Origin: Malacoraja senta
Lineage: Eukaryota
DNA length: 64,000 nt
Reading direction: 5' to 3'
NCBI GenBank assembly: GCA_038087875.1
Contig: CM075997.1
Span: 9,116,001-9,180,000, forward strand
In this document: positions 37,731-51,060 of the stretch, piece after piece
Numbering within the stretch: position 1 is the stretch's first letter
Layout: the number at the start of each line of letters is the position of its first letter
Made by a program: the position numbers and the translations under genes
Notes under the pieces: generated by a model
What the model was told of the DNA's origin: nothing
Seen by the model: the letters and a program-made list of their open reading frames with translations, nothing else
Databases searched by the model: none

Positions 37731-39470
37731 ACATAGAAACATAGAAACATAGAAAATAGGTGCAGGAGTAGGCCATTCGGCCCTTCGTGCCTCCACCGCC
37801 ATTCAATATGATCATGGCTGATCATCCAACTCAGTATCCTGTACCTGCCTTCTCTCCATACCCCCTGATCCCTTTAGCCACAAGGGCCACATCTAACTCC
37901 CTCTTAAATATAGCCAATGAACTGGCCTCAACTACCTTCTGTGGCAGAGAGTTCCAGAGATTCACCACTCTCTGTGTGAAAAATGTTTTTCACATCTCGG
38001 TCCTAAAGGATTTCCCCTTTATCCTTAAACTGTGACCCCTTGTCCTGGACTTCCCCAACATCGGGAACAATCTTCCTGCATCTAGCCTGTCCAACCCCTT
38101 AAGACTTTTGTAAGTTTCTATAAGATCCCCCCTCAATCTTCTAAATTCTAGCGAGTACAAGCCGAGTCTATCCAGTCTTTCTTCATATGAAAGTCCTGAC
38201 ATCCCAGGAATCAGTCTGGTGAACCTTCTCTGTACTCCCTCTATGGCAAGAATCTTTCCTCAGATTTGGAGACCAAAACTGTACGTAATACTCCAGGTGT
38301 GGTCTCACCAAGACCCTGTACAACTGCAGTAGAACCTCCCTGCTCCTATACTCAAATCCTTTTGCTATGAATGCTAACATACCATTCGCTTTCTTCACTG
38401 CCTGCTGCACCTGCATGCCTACTTTCAATGACTGGTGTACCATGACACCCAGGTCGCATTGCATCTCCCCTTTTCCTAATCGGCCACCATTCAGATAATA
38501 GTCTACTTTCCTGTTTTTGCCCCCAAAGTGTATAACCTCACATGTATCCATATTATACTGCATCTGCCATGCATTTGCCCACTCACCCAACCTATCCAAG
38601 TCACCTTGCATCCTCCTCACAGCTAACACTGCCCCCCAGCTTCGTGTCATCCGCAAACTTGGAGATGTTGCATTCAATTCCCTCGTCCAAATCATTAATA
38701 TATATTGTAAATAGCTGGGGTCCCAGCATCGAGCCTTGCGGTACCCCACTAGTCACTGCCTGCCATTCTGAAAAGGACCCATTTACTCCTACTCTTTGCT
38801 TCCTGTCTGCCAGCCAGTTCTCTATCCACATCAATACTGAACCCCCAATACCGTGTGCTTTAAGTTTGTATACTAATCTCTTATGTGGGACCTTGTCGAA
38901 AACCTTTTGAAAGTCCAGATATAACACATCCACTGGTTCTCCCTTATCCACTCTACTAGTTACATCCTCGAAAAATTCTATAAGATTCGTCAGATGATTT
39001 AACTTTCGTAAATCCATGCTGACTTTGTCCAATGATTTCACCACTTTCCAAATGTGCTGCTATCCCATCTTTAATAACTGACTCTAGCTGTTTCCCCACT
39101 ACCGATGTTAGACTAACTGGTCTGTAATTCCCCATTTTCTCTCTCCCTCCCTTTTTAAAAAGTGGGGTTACATTAGCTACCTTCCAATCCTCAGGAACTA
39201 CTCCAGAATCGTAAAGAGTTTTGAAAAATTATCACTAATGCATCCACTATTTCTGAGGCTACTTCCTTAAGTCCTCTGGGATGCAGCCTATCTGGCCCTG
39301 GGGATTTATCGGCCTTTAATCCATTCAATTTACCTATCACCACTTCCCGGCTAACCTGGATTTCACTCAGTTCCTCCATCTCATTTGACCCGCGGTCCCC
39401 TGCTATTTCCGGCAGATTATTTATGTCTTCCTTAGTGAAGACAGAACCAAAGTAGTTATTCAATTGGTCT
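37731..39470 (-). mobile_element. 5'-truncated CR1 LINE, (TTCTATGT)n tail
   Basis: ORF2 fragments 39191-39463, 38601-39044, 38183-38749 and 37990-38202. Confidence 0.92.
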
Positions 39471-41842
39471 GCGCGTCATAGCGCATCAATTTTATTAAAC
39501 GAGTTGTATTTCGTGAACATACATTTCGTGAGGATCATTGGTACCTCTTTTGGGGAAGGTGTGACCTGTACAAAAAGGACGGGTTGCACTTGATCCCGAG
39601 GGGGACCAATATCCTGGCGGGGAGATTTGCAAAGGCAACTGGGGAGATTTAAACTAGAACGGTTGGGGGGAGGGACTCGAATAGGGAAAGCTAGTAGTCA
39701 GGGTGTGAGGCAGGAGGCAGAGAAGGGAAGCACTTGGACCCAAAATGTAGGGGAGAAAGAAGAAAAAGATAATTAACAGAGAATAAGTAGTGGTGGGTTT
39801 CTTAAATGTGTATATTTAAATGCTAGGAGCATTGTAAGAAAGGTGGATGAGCTTAAAGCCTGGATTGACACCTGGAAGTATGATGTTGTGGCGATCAGTG
39901 AAACATGGTTGCAGGAGGGCTGTGATTGGCAAATAAATATTCCAGGATTTCGTTGCTTCAGGGGTGATAGCATTGGAGGGGCAAGAGGTGGGGGTGTTGC
40001 ATTGCTTGTCAAAGAAGATATTACAGCAGTGCTTTGGCAGGATAGATTGGAGGGCTCGTCTAGGGAGGCTATTTGGGTGGAACTGGTAAATGGGAAAGTG
40101 GTAGCAACACTTATAGGGGTGTATTTTACTTCGGAGTCACGTGAGTGACTACATGAAGAAGCCCCGTCCAGCCGCACACGCGTCATTATCGATCAGACGC
40201 ATAGCGTTCATGACCGTGTGTGGAGGAGCAGGAGCTCCTCCAGCCGGTGAGTAAAACAAAAGTAAAACAAAAGTCGGAAGGTAAGTGGGTTACTTTTCAC
40301 TTACAGGAGCGTTTCCTTCCCGTTTAGACTTGTTTGGTGGAGCTCCACTCAAGTTTATTATGGAGAAATGGGAAGGAGAGGCGGCCAGGGACGCACCATA
40401 GTAAAACCCCAGATCCTAAGGGTAGCGGGCGTCAGTCAGGGGAGTCAGTGGCAGCGAAGCCATTAACTCCCGTTGTGGTCGAATGTGCGTTAAACCGCCG
40501 GCGGCGGGGCGCAAGGCTGAGAAAAGAAAGAAAAAAAAATCGACCCGACCTGTAGACTCGGATGAGTCAGACCCGGAGGTATGCCCTCCTCAGGCAGGAA
40601 AGAGTATTACACTGCAAGGGTCAAAAACTTTATAACACCTTATGGGGCAGATGATTTGTAAAGAACCCCCACAGGAGGATTTAAGTCGGTGTTGGGCAAT
40701 GAAGTATAGCACAAGGGTGGCCTACAGGAGAGCCATCAGTGCCTGTGCAGAAACTTTAAAGAGGTTGGCCTACAGGAGAGCCAGTGCCCAAAAATGCCAG
40801 AAAAAAGGCAAGTTATGTGTTGGCCTATTGGAGAGCCAGTACTAGAAATGCCTGAACAAAAGGCAGCACAAACGTGCAATGATAAATGTGCCAGCACCGA
40901 CAAATATAAAGAGTAAAAATAATGAAGCATTGGCCTAGAATTGAGCCAGCGCCAGCAGCACCTGAAGCATGGCTGCCTGTCCGTGGGCCTACAAGAGAGC
41001 CCGCGCATGGGGAATCTGGCAGAGACTTACCTGAAACAGGGGAGCCAGAAATTACCCAACATAAAAATGAATATCTAGATTTAGATGACGATTTAAATGA
41101 GGACCAGAGCCCATTATCAGAGCCACAAATGTTCCAAGGCTGGCACAAAACTTTGCTTTTCCCAGATTAACAGGGAAACCTTTGAGAGAGGAAATAGCTA
41201 TGACTATAAATTATCTACTCTCCCATCAGCCCCAGGAATTAACCATGGATGAGACTATCAAAAAATATGAGACCCGGGAAATTGTAGCAGTTACAGCAGT
41301 GAATAACTTGATATGGGTAATTTGAACAGTGGTTTACGCTCACAAGAATTGAAATTACACAAGTGCTGAAATTTCTGGGGTCAGTGGTTTGGATGAAGGT
41401 TATATATCGTATTCACAACAAAATGCCTTAGCACTCATGTGTAGTGCGCACTTTGAAATAAATTGTATTCATAAAAATGCAATAAAACCAAATATTCATC
41501 CTAAGTATGCAGGCTCTGCAAACCATCCAATATAGAAATGCCTAAATCTGTATTGGAGAAAATCTAACAAAGAAACTAAAGGATCACCTATGCTGAGCAG
41601 AGCGGTGAGAAGGCAGTATCCCTACAGGCAAAATGTGGTGCTGGAGAAGGATCAATCCTATCATTCTCGTATACATGTTGACGTGCTGCACCGAGGATAC
41701 GTGGAGGTTACAATGTGCCTACTAGAAGGGGACAACAACTGCCGGTGGCAAACCCCGAGGTTAGGGGGCTTGGTCTGGTAAGAAACACAACAAATGTTTC
41801 ACTCTCACAAATAGGGGGAAGGTTACGATTCTTCCTAAAAGA

Positions 41843-43065
41843 ATGGCTTATTTAGATGATATCCTCATTGTAGGGGACACTTTGGCTGCTGCAAAATTGT
41901 CAGTATCCAGTCAAATACATTTTGAGAAATTAGGTTTCATTATTCACCTACAAAAATCTAAATTGTTACCAAGCAAAAAGATTGATTACCTAGGGTTCAC
42001 AATTAACTCCGAACACATGGTAATCACTTTGCCAAAAGATAAAAGCTGCAGTTAATTGAAGGTTGCATAAAACTCATTAACGAGGACACACCTTCAATTA
42101 GAGAAGTGGCAAGCTTGCTAGGCAAATTAATTGCAGGGTTTCCAGCGGTCACGTTTGGACCATTGCATTATCAATGTTTACAGAGAGCTAAGGTACAAGC
42201 GTTAAAAATGAATAGAGGGCATTTTGATAGGCCCATGAAATTAACAACTCAATCCATTACAGAAATAGAATGGTGGATTAACAATGTTTCTAATGCTTCC
42301 AGAAATGTTCTGGTAGAAACACCTTCCGTCACTCGACAGACTGATGTAAGTGCGCTGAGTTGGGGCGCTACTAACATGATTTCCAGCTGTGGAGGTAGGT
42401 GGAATGTGAATGAAGTACCTTTGCTGGAAAAACTGGGAATCAATTACCTAGAGCTATTAGGCGCATTTTACGGCCTTAGAGCTTATTGCACTGATATGGG
42501 AAATGTGCATGTTCAGGTACAGGTTGACAATACTACAGCTGTAGCATACATAAATCACATGGGTGGTATAAAATCAGAATCATGTGATAAATTGGCAAAT
42601 GAAATTTGGACCTGGGGTATTGCCAGAAAAATGTGGCTGTCAGCAATATATTTACCAGGTAAAAATTAATACAATTGCAGACAAAAGATCACATAAATTT
42701 AATGATGGATGTTAAATCGGAAAATACTCACACAAATTATCACACAATTTGGAATGCCAGAAATTGATCTGTTTGCATCAAGATTGAACCACCAGTTGCC
42801 TAAGTATGTGTCATGGGAACCTGATCCTGGAGCAGTAGTGGTGGATGCTTTCTCGCTACATTGGGGTGGTATGTTTCTGTATGTTTTTCCACCATTTTGT
42901 TTAATCCACAAATGCATACAGAAAATTAAACAAGATTCAGCCTCAGGGATTTTGATACTACCAGATTGGCCTACACAGGTATGGTACCCACTGGTGTTAA
43001 AAATGGGGGGGGGGGACCCTTATGGTTATTCCAAAGCAGATTAAACTGCTTGTACACCCTGTGAC
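41843..43065 (+). pseudogene. DIRS RT (N-terminally deleted) - RNase H - methyltransferase-like domain
   Basis: AYLDDILI, TDVS..SWGA, INYLELL, VDNTTAVAYINHMGG, IDLFASRLN, YVFPPF, PDWPTQVWYP. Confidence 0.9.
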
Positions 43066-43107
43066 TAATGAATCACATCCTTTACATAATCGTATTGGTT
43101 TGTTGAT

Positions 43108-44094
43108 TTGCAGATTCTAAGAAGGCCATATCTTGGAAAAAGATTATCAGACCGTACTGTGGATGTTATGACAGCAGCCTGGAGGAATAGTACCCAGAAG
43201 CAGTACATTTCCTATATAAAGAAATGGGAGGTGTTTTGTTCAGGAAAGAATATTGCATATAACACAGCAGAAATTTCAGATGTAATAGAGTTTCTTTCAA
43301 CTCTACACTATGAATTGAAATTAAGTTATAGTGCAATTAATACTGCACGAAATGCACTCTCTGCATATTTAAGCAGTGAATCAGAACAAACTCCAATTGG
43401 AGCACATCCTTGCATCTGTAGGTTTATGAAAGGAATTTTCAACTCTAATCCTCCCAGACCCAGGTATACAAAAATGTGGAATGTAAAAGATGTTCCTAAG
43501 GAATTGGAATCCAGTTGAAACTCTGTCATTATCCAAAATTACCATAAATTGGTTATGCTCATGGCATTAGTTTCAGCGCAGAGAGTTCAAACATTACAGA
43601 AACTCAGAATTGATAGAATGAAAGTAGGGCAAAATGCCGTGACATTTTATGTCTATGATTTACTGAAGCAAAGTAGACCTGGGTTCACAGGATGCAAGTT
43701 GGAATTTTTAGCATATCCTACAGATTCACGACTGTGTGTAGTAACATATGTGAAATGTTACATAGAAACAACAAAAGTTTTAAGAGGCGCCGAATTGGCA
43801 TTTTTTATTAGTCATAAAAAGCCTCATAAGAAAGTGTCAACACATACAATTTCACGATGGTTGAAACAGGTGTTGAGATATTCAGGTATTGATACTGATA
43901 AATTTAAATCTCATTCCACCAGGGCGGCATCAACATCAGCGGCCAGGGATTCAGACGTGCTAATAGACCTTATTCTCGTGGCCGCAGGATGGGCAAGTGA
44001 ACAGATGTTTCACAAGTATTACCATAAGGAGATTGAAGATCTCAGAGGGTTTGGTGATGCCGTGCTGGATACAGTATTAAATCCCCCATTATAA
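43108..44094 (+). pseudogene. DIRS tyrosine recombinase (frameshifted)
   Basis: LVSAQRVQTL (R), SKQSRP-type K region, HSTRAAST (HxxR), GW..MFHKYY (catalytic Y); N-terminal ORF 43108-43518. Confidence 0.92.
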
Positions 44095-47000
44095 TAAATG
44101 GGCCTAATTTTGTTACTTTTATTAAAATAAATAAAACCATTAACTGATTACATTCAAATGTTGTGGTTATGCATTGTTGATTGTGCTTACTCAAATAGAG
44201 TCAATCGATGCAGTGAACACCTGGATTTGAATCCACGGTGTGAAATCACAGAGCTTTGAAATCTTCACGTAGTCACTCACGTGACTCCGAAGTAAAATAG
44301 TAAGATTAAACGAGAACTTACCAAGTTTGAAGTTTGATCTTTATTTTATGAGGAGTAACGTTGAGGGATTACGTGCCCTCTGCTCCCACCCCCATAAAAG
44401 GATCAAGCTGGTAGTTCTAAGTCTTTATGCATCTTACTATCATACTTCAGTAATTATCGTCTGTGATTGTCACTCCACTGCTTTGAAAGATTGACGCGTG
44501 TGCGGCTGGACGGGGCTTCTTCACGTAATCCCTCAACGTTACTCCTCATAAAATAAAGATCAAACTTCAAACTTGGTAAGTTCTCGTTTAATCTTACTAT
44601 TATAGACCGCCTAATGGAGAGCGAGAATTGGAAGAGCAAATATGTAAGGAGATAGCAGATATTAGTAGTAAGCACAAGGTAGTGATTGTGGGAGATTTCA
44701 ATTTTCCACACATAGACTGGGAAACACATTCTGTAAAAGGGCTGGATGGTTTGGAGTTTGTAAAATGTGTGCAGGATAGTTTTTTGCAGCAATACATAGA
44801 GGTACCTACAAGAGAAGGGCAGTGCTGGACCTCCTGTTAGGAAATGAGACAGGGCAGGTGGCGGAGGTATGCGTTGGGGAGCACTTTGGGTCCAGTGATC
44901 ACAATACCATTAGTTTCAATATAATTATGGAGAGGGTCAGAACTGGACCTAAGGTTGAGATTTTTGACTGGAGAAAGGCTAACTTTGAGGAGATGCAAAA
45001 GGATTTAAAAGGAGTGAATTGGGACATGTTGTTTTATGGGAAGGATGTAGAAGCAAAATGGAGGACATTTAAAGGTGATATTTTAAGGGTAGAGAATCTT
45101 TATGTCCCTGTTCGGTTGAAAGGAAATAGTAAAAATTGGAAAGAGCCATGGTTTTCAAGGGAAATTGGACACTTGGTTCGGAAAAAGAGAATCTACAATA
45201 ATTATAGGTGGCATGGAGTAAATGAGGTGCTGCGGGAGTATAAAGAATGTAAAAAGATTCTTAAGAAAGAAATTAGAAAAGCTAAAAGAAGATATGAGGT
45301 TGCTTTGGCAAGTAAGGTGAAAGTAAACCCAAAGGGTTTCTACAGCTATATTAATAGCAAAAGGATAACAAGGAATAAAATTGATCCATTAGAGAGTCAG
45401 GGTGGACAGCTATCTGCTGAGCCAAAAGAGATGGGGGAGATATTGAACAATTTCTTTTCTTCGGCATTCACCAAGGAGAAGGATGTTGAATTATGTGAGG
45501 TAAGGGAAACGAGCAGAGTAGCAATGGAAACTATGAGATTTAAAGAAGTGGAAGTGTGGACACTTTTGAAAAATATGAAAACGGATAAGTCTCCAGGTCC
45601 TGACAGGATATTCCCTAGGACATTGAGGGAAGTTAGTGTAGAAATAGCAGGGGCTATGACAGATATATTTCAAATGTCATTAGAAACAGGAATAGTGGCG
45701 GAGGATTGGCGTACTGCGCATGTTGTTCCATTGTTTTAAACGGATTCTTAGAGTAAACCTAGAAATTATAGACCTGTTAGTTTGACGTCAGTGGTGGGCA
45801 AATTAATGGAAAGGATACTTAGGGATAATATATATAAGCATCTGGATAAACAGGGTCTGATTAAGAACAGTCAACATGGATTTGTGCCTGGAAGGTCATG
45901 TTTGATTAATCTTCTTGAATTTTTCTAAGAGGTTACTAGGGAAATTGATGAGGGTAAAGCAGTGGATGTTGTCTATATGGACTTCAGTAAGGCCTTTGAC
46001 AAGGTTCCTCATGGAAGGTTGGTTAAGAAGATTCAATTGTTGGGTATTAATGGTGGAGTAGCAGGATGGATTCAACAGTGGCTGAATGGGAGATGCCAGA
46101 GAGTAATGGTGGATGGCTGTTTGTCAGGTTGGCGGCCGGTGATCAGTGGGGTGCCTCAGAGGTCTGTGTTGGGTCCACTGTTGTTTGTCATGTACATCAA
46201 TGATCTGGATGATGGTGTGGAAAATTGGATTAGTAAGTATGCAGATGATACTAAGATAGGTGGTGTTGTGGATATTGAAGTCGATTTTCAAAGTCTACAG
46301 AGAGATTTAGGCCATTTGGAAGAGTGGGCTGAAATATGGCAGATGGAGTTTAATGCTGATAAATGTGAGGTGCTACATCTTGGCAGGACAAATCAAAATA
46401 GGACGTACATGGTAAATGGTAGCGAATTGAGGAATGCAGTTGAACAGAGGGATCTAGGAATAACTGTGCATCGTTCCCTGAAGGTGGAATCTCATGTAGA
46501 TAGGGTGGTAAAGAAAGCTTTTGGTGTGCTGGCCTTTATAAATCAGAGCATTGAGTATAGAAGTTGGGATGTAATGTTAAAATTGTACAAGGCATTGGTG
46601 AGGCCAATTCTAAGGTATGGAGTACAATTTTGCTCGCCTAATTATAGGATGGATGTCAACAAAATAGAGAGAGTACAGAGGAGATTTACGAGAATGTTGC
46701 CTGGGTTTCAGCAACTAAATTACAGAGAAAGGCTGAACAAGTTAGGTCTTTATTCTTTGGAGCGCAGAAGGTTAAGGGGCGACTTGATAGAGGTCTTTAA
46801 AATGTTGAGAGGGATAGACAGAGTTGACGTGGATACGCTTTTCCCATTGAGAGTAGGGAAGATTCAAACAAGAGGACATGACTTGAAAATTTAGGGACAG
46901 AAGTTTAGGGGTAACATTAGGGAGAACTTCTTTACTCAGAGAGTGGTAGCTGTGTGGAATGACCTTCCAGAGGAAGTGGTGGAGGCAGGTTCGATTTTAT

Positions 47001-47734
47001 CATTTAAAAATAGATTGGATGGGTATATGGACGAGAAAAGAATGGAGTGTTATGGTCTGAGTGCAGGTAGATGGGACTAGGGGAGAAAAAGTGTTCGGCA
47101 TGGACTTGAAGGGCCGAGATGGCCTGTTTCCATGCTGTAAGTGTTATATGGATTTATGGTTATATTGAAACGTCACACAGTGCAACAACGACTGCTCGGC
47201 CCAATGTTCCCCACCAGTCTCAATAAAATATTTGAGCATCTTATCGTACTTGATTCTCCTTTGCTGCAGTACTTTGTGCTCCATGGCAAGTGGAGTTACA
47301 AGAGTTTATTTGCAGCATTATAACTCCACCACTTTTCTTCCGGACCATTTCCTCTCCGTACATAGGTACAAATCAAAACAACTGCTAACTTTACATTTGT
47401 GTCACTACTGAGGTATTTGAGCGATGACCATTCCCTCCCCTGTCTTGTAGGCATTCGCACGTACTGACCACATCTTCATGGTCAATTCATTTATACGCCA
47501 GGCTGACTTTTACCTGTTTCCGTGTCTCACACTTTGAAGCATGTCGGGCTCTTCACCACACACAATGTGCTATCATTTCCCAATTATTCGCTAAGCAAAG
47601 TGTATTCCGTCAATGGTTTTAAAATATCTCTCTCTTTGTTTCTTCAGGTTCCAGTGATCTTTCCTTTGTACTGTGTCACTGTATTTCTCACATAAATTCG
47701 TGAATCCGTTCTGATGGACCCGATCAGCTGTTTA

Positions 47735-48430
47735 GAGACAAATCGTTGGAGTAACACAGCGGGGCAGGCAGCATTTCTGGAGGAATACATGGCGTTTCGA
47801 ATCGAGAACCTTCTTCAGACTGGTTAGGGATAGAGTAAATGGGAAATATAGACTAAGGTGTGGGGAGATAAAGAACAATGAATCAAATATATGCAAAAAA
47901 GTAACGATGATAAAGGGAACGGCGCCATTGTTAGCTGTTTGTCGGGTGAAAATGAGAAACTAGTGCGACTAGCGTGGGGGAAGGATAGAAAGAGAGGGAA
48001 TGCCGGGGATTCCAGACGTGAGAGAAATCAATATTCATACCACTGGGCTGTTAGCTGCCCTAACGAATTATGCGAAGCTGTTCATTAAATTTACGTTTAG
48101 CCTCCCGTTAACAATGTTCTGTGTCTGAATGAGAACGAGAATTAAAATGTCCGGTAACCGGGAGATCAGGTAGATTCTTCTCTGTTGCGACAAGAGGGAG
48201 GGGAGCAAGGGCGGAGCTGCAGGGTACCGAGGAGACACGAGTGAGGGCCACATCTATGATGGGAGAGGGGAACCCCCGTTCCATATAGAATGAGGACATC
48301 TCGGATGTCCTGGTATGGAACACCTCAACTTGGGCGCAGATGCGGCATAGACGGAGGAATTGCGAGTAGGGAACACTCTTTGCTGGAAGCAGGATGGGAA
48401 TAAGTGTAGTCGAGATAGTTGTGGGCGTCA
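47735..48430 (-). mobile_element. Penelope-like fragment with hammerhead-type terminal motif
   Basis: PYSQFLRLCRIC..F..RGFP motif (ORF 48108-48431); reverse CTGAAGA...GAAAC at ~47791-47818. Confidence 0.8.
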
Positions 48431-48431
48431 C

Positions 48432-48770
48432 TCGAGTAAGGAGGCGGCCGTTCCGGGTTTCCCAAGCCGCTGTGAGGTTTCTCCCGACGCCGGAGCACCA
48501 TCATCCGGCGAGAACGGCCTGGAACATCGGGCCTCCGTAAAGGCGACTGCGGAGGCCAAATTAGGCCCGACTATGGGTGGACATGGGGATGGGGACTGAA
48601 CTTTGTGCCTTTCTTCATAATGGAAACCATTGTGGGTTGTTTTTTTAATGTTTACATTTCTTCATTATTGTCATGTCTGTATTCTTTTTTTATGTGCTGC
48701 ATTGGCAACAAGCATTTCACTACACCAATCGGTGTATGTGACTAATAAAGAAACCTTTGAACATTTGAAT
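48432..48770 (+). mobile_element. Non-autonomous GC-rich retroposon with Rex1/Babar-like tail
   Basis: Body matches 28324-28520; ends with an acaccaatcggtgt hairpin, AATAAA and (ctttgaa)-like repeats. Confidence 0.6.
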
Positions 48771-49279
48771 CCGTTCTGATGGACCCGGTCAGCTGTTCAG
48801 AGACAAACCGCTGGAGTGACACCGCGGGACAGGCAGGGAAAGACTTAAATTACCTCCGATGTATCTCCCCCCCCCCCCCCCCCCCCCGCACCCGAGGTAG
48901 AATGCTGCTATTTCATTCACTCACAAGATAATTTACACTACACAGAGATACACACCTACAGCTCATCAATTCCGCAGACTCACGGAGCAGAATCCCACGC
49001 TGAATCCGAGAACTAGGATATTTCCAATATGACAGTTAAACAGAACCTAGGAGACTGACAAAGCTTATATTAAACTCCCCCACAGCCTCTTGCAGGTAGA
49101 GAGAGGAACTGAAAACTTAAATCCCCATACACTCGGCTGGGATCCTGTCAGAAGTTAGAAAACAAGAATGGGAATGGCAGAGATAGCGTGGATTCAGGAA
49201 AGGGCAAAGAGATGGGAAATGGACAACAAGCCAACATGTCTTCAAATATATTCACACTGCAAAAGATAAGCTGCTGGCG

Positions 49280-49830
49280 ATCCTAAGCATATATAGGTAG
49301 ATGAATGCCTGGTGCCTGACCAAGTGTGTCCCAAGATGATCGTGGAATGGATGGAAGAAATTATGGGCATCCTGTCAGATATACTTTATCAACGTTAGCC
49401 AAAGGTACCAGACAACTAAAGTGTGGCTAATATTGCGCCTTTAATTAAGAATGGCAGCACGGATAAGTCAGGGAATTACGAGCCAATGAGACTAAATTGT
49501 ACTAGTGGTGGGTAAGCTATTGGGCGGGATTCTGATGATAGACAGGATCTACCTGCATTTTAAGGCAGGGACAGTTCAGGGTGGTTTTTATGGCGGAACT
49601 TGTATCTCATTCATTTATTTTCTTAAAGTGGTGACCAAATACATTGATGAGGGTAGAGATGAAGACATTGTGTCCATGTTTTGTGTGGATTTGAAGTGTG
49701 CAATTGAGAACATTGTGTGACACATCTCACAGGGCAGGTGGTCAGACAGGTAAGATACAAAGTTGAGTTAATCGAAGTGTGTTTCAGTGGCAGGAAGTGA
49801 GGAGAAATGTTGACACGTGCTTTCGTCTCT
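49280..49830 (+). mobile_element. Ancient CR1 RT fragment
   Basis: Degenerate GNY.PM.L...VVGKLL and VTKYIDEG..DIV motifs. Confidence 0.6.
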
Positions 49831-49959
49831 GACTGCGTTTGAATGTGTCTACCTGTGGAACTGAATGGGGCCCTTGCTTTTGATGGGAAGGTGCAACTCA
49901 CCATCAATGTGAACGTCTCTTCAACTTCTCCTTATAGGTATACCATTGAGCATTGAAAT

Positions 49960-50230
49960 TAGTGGCACAGCTTGGAGAGCTGCTGCATCAGAGTGCTGTG
50001 ATCCTGATCTCAGGTGCTGTCTGTGTGGAATTGGCATGTCCATCCTGTGTGCAAGGGCATCCTTTTGGTGATCCAGTTTCCTCCCACATCCCAAAAACCT
50101 GCGGGGCTGAACGTTCATCAGCCTCAGTGAATTGCCTTAGTGTGGAGGGAGTGAAAGTGGGATAACATAGAACTAGTGCGTACAGGCAATCGATAGTAAG
50201 TGGTGCAAATGGCCTATTTCCATGCTCGAA
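49960..50230 (+). mobile_element. tRNA-derived V-SINE (HE1-like)
   Basis: gtggcacagc...gctgc head and V-domain gctgtctgtgtggaattggcatgt...tccagtttcctcccacatcccaaa. Confidence 0.7.
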
Positions 50231-50841
50231 ATATTTCAGATAATCTTTACACCCTCTAATCCAGCCAGGATTCTTAGAAACAACTTCAGCACCCTCACCC
50301 TCCACATTCTTCCCTGTAATGAAGTGCACATTCCAAATGCGGCCCAACAAAATCCTATTTTGCTGCATCATGACAACAGTATATCCTGTCTCTTTTACTC
50401 TATACTCCGACAATTAAGGGTAACATCATGTATGCCCTCTTTTACCATTCCATCTACGCATGCTAACACTTTCGAGGAATTACAGTATTTATTGTCAAAT
50501 ATCCAGTAATAGAACTGAAATTCTTGCAGGCAGCAGCATATCCTTTGTAAACATTGTACTCAATATATAATATAATAACCAATTTTAAAAAGTTCAATAA
50601 ATATGATGACAAAACTGTACAAAACCAAAACAAAGCCCAAAGTATCCAGTGCATCCAGAGTTCAGAGTAAAGTTGTAGTTGGTAGTGTTTAATAACCTGA
50701 TGTTTTAGTTTAGTTTAGTTTAGAGATACAGCGTGGAAACAGGCCCTTCGGCTCACAGGGTCCGTGCCGACTCCGCGGAGCCTGTGCCTTCCAGGGCACT
50801 GTGTCGATCCGATCCAACACACCCACTTCCTGCTGGTCATG

Positions 50842-51060
50842 GAAACATAGAAAATAGGTGCAGGAGGAGGCCATTCGGCCCTTAAAGCCAGCACCGCCAT
50901 TCATTGTGATCATGGCTGATCGTCCCCAATCAATAACCCGTGCCTGCCTTCTCCCCATATCCCTTGACTCCACTAGCCCCTAGAGCTCTATCTAACTCTC
51001 TCTTAAATCCATCCAGTGATTTGGCCTCCACTGCCCACTGTGGCAGGGAATTCCATAAAT
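50842..51060 (-). mobile_element. CR1 3' fragment
   Basis: LWNSLPQWAVEAKSLDGFKRELD motif and 3'UTR with ttctatgt tail. Confidence 0.9.

Larger units (their letters stand above)
40125..44600 (+). mobile_element. DIRS1-type tyrosine recombinase retrotransposon
   Basis: ITRs 40152-40185 / 44492-44525, ICR 44262-44375, RT YLDD, RNase H, methyltransferase-like and YR ORFs. Confidence 0.95.
39535..47165 (+). mobile_element. CR1 LINE (ORF1 end + ORF2) split by a DIRS element (pieces 39535-40124 and 44601-47165)
   Basis: The endonuclease LIGVY|YRPP motif is broken at the DIRS junction; ORF2 pieces 44822-45739 and 45962-46894. Confidence 0.95.
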
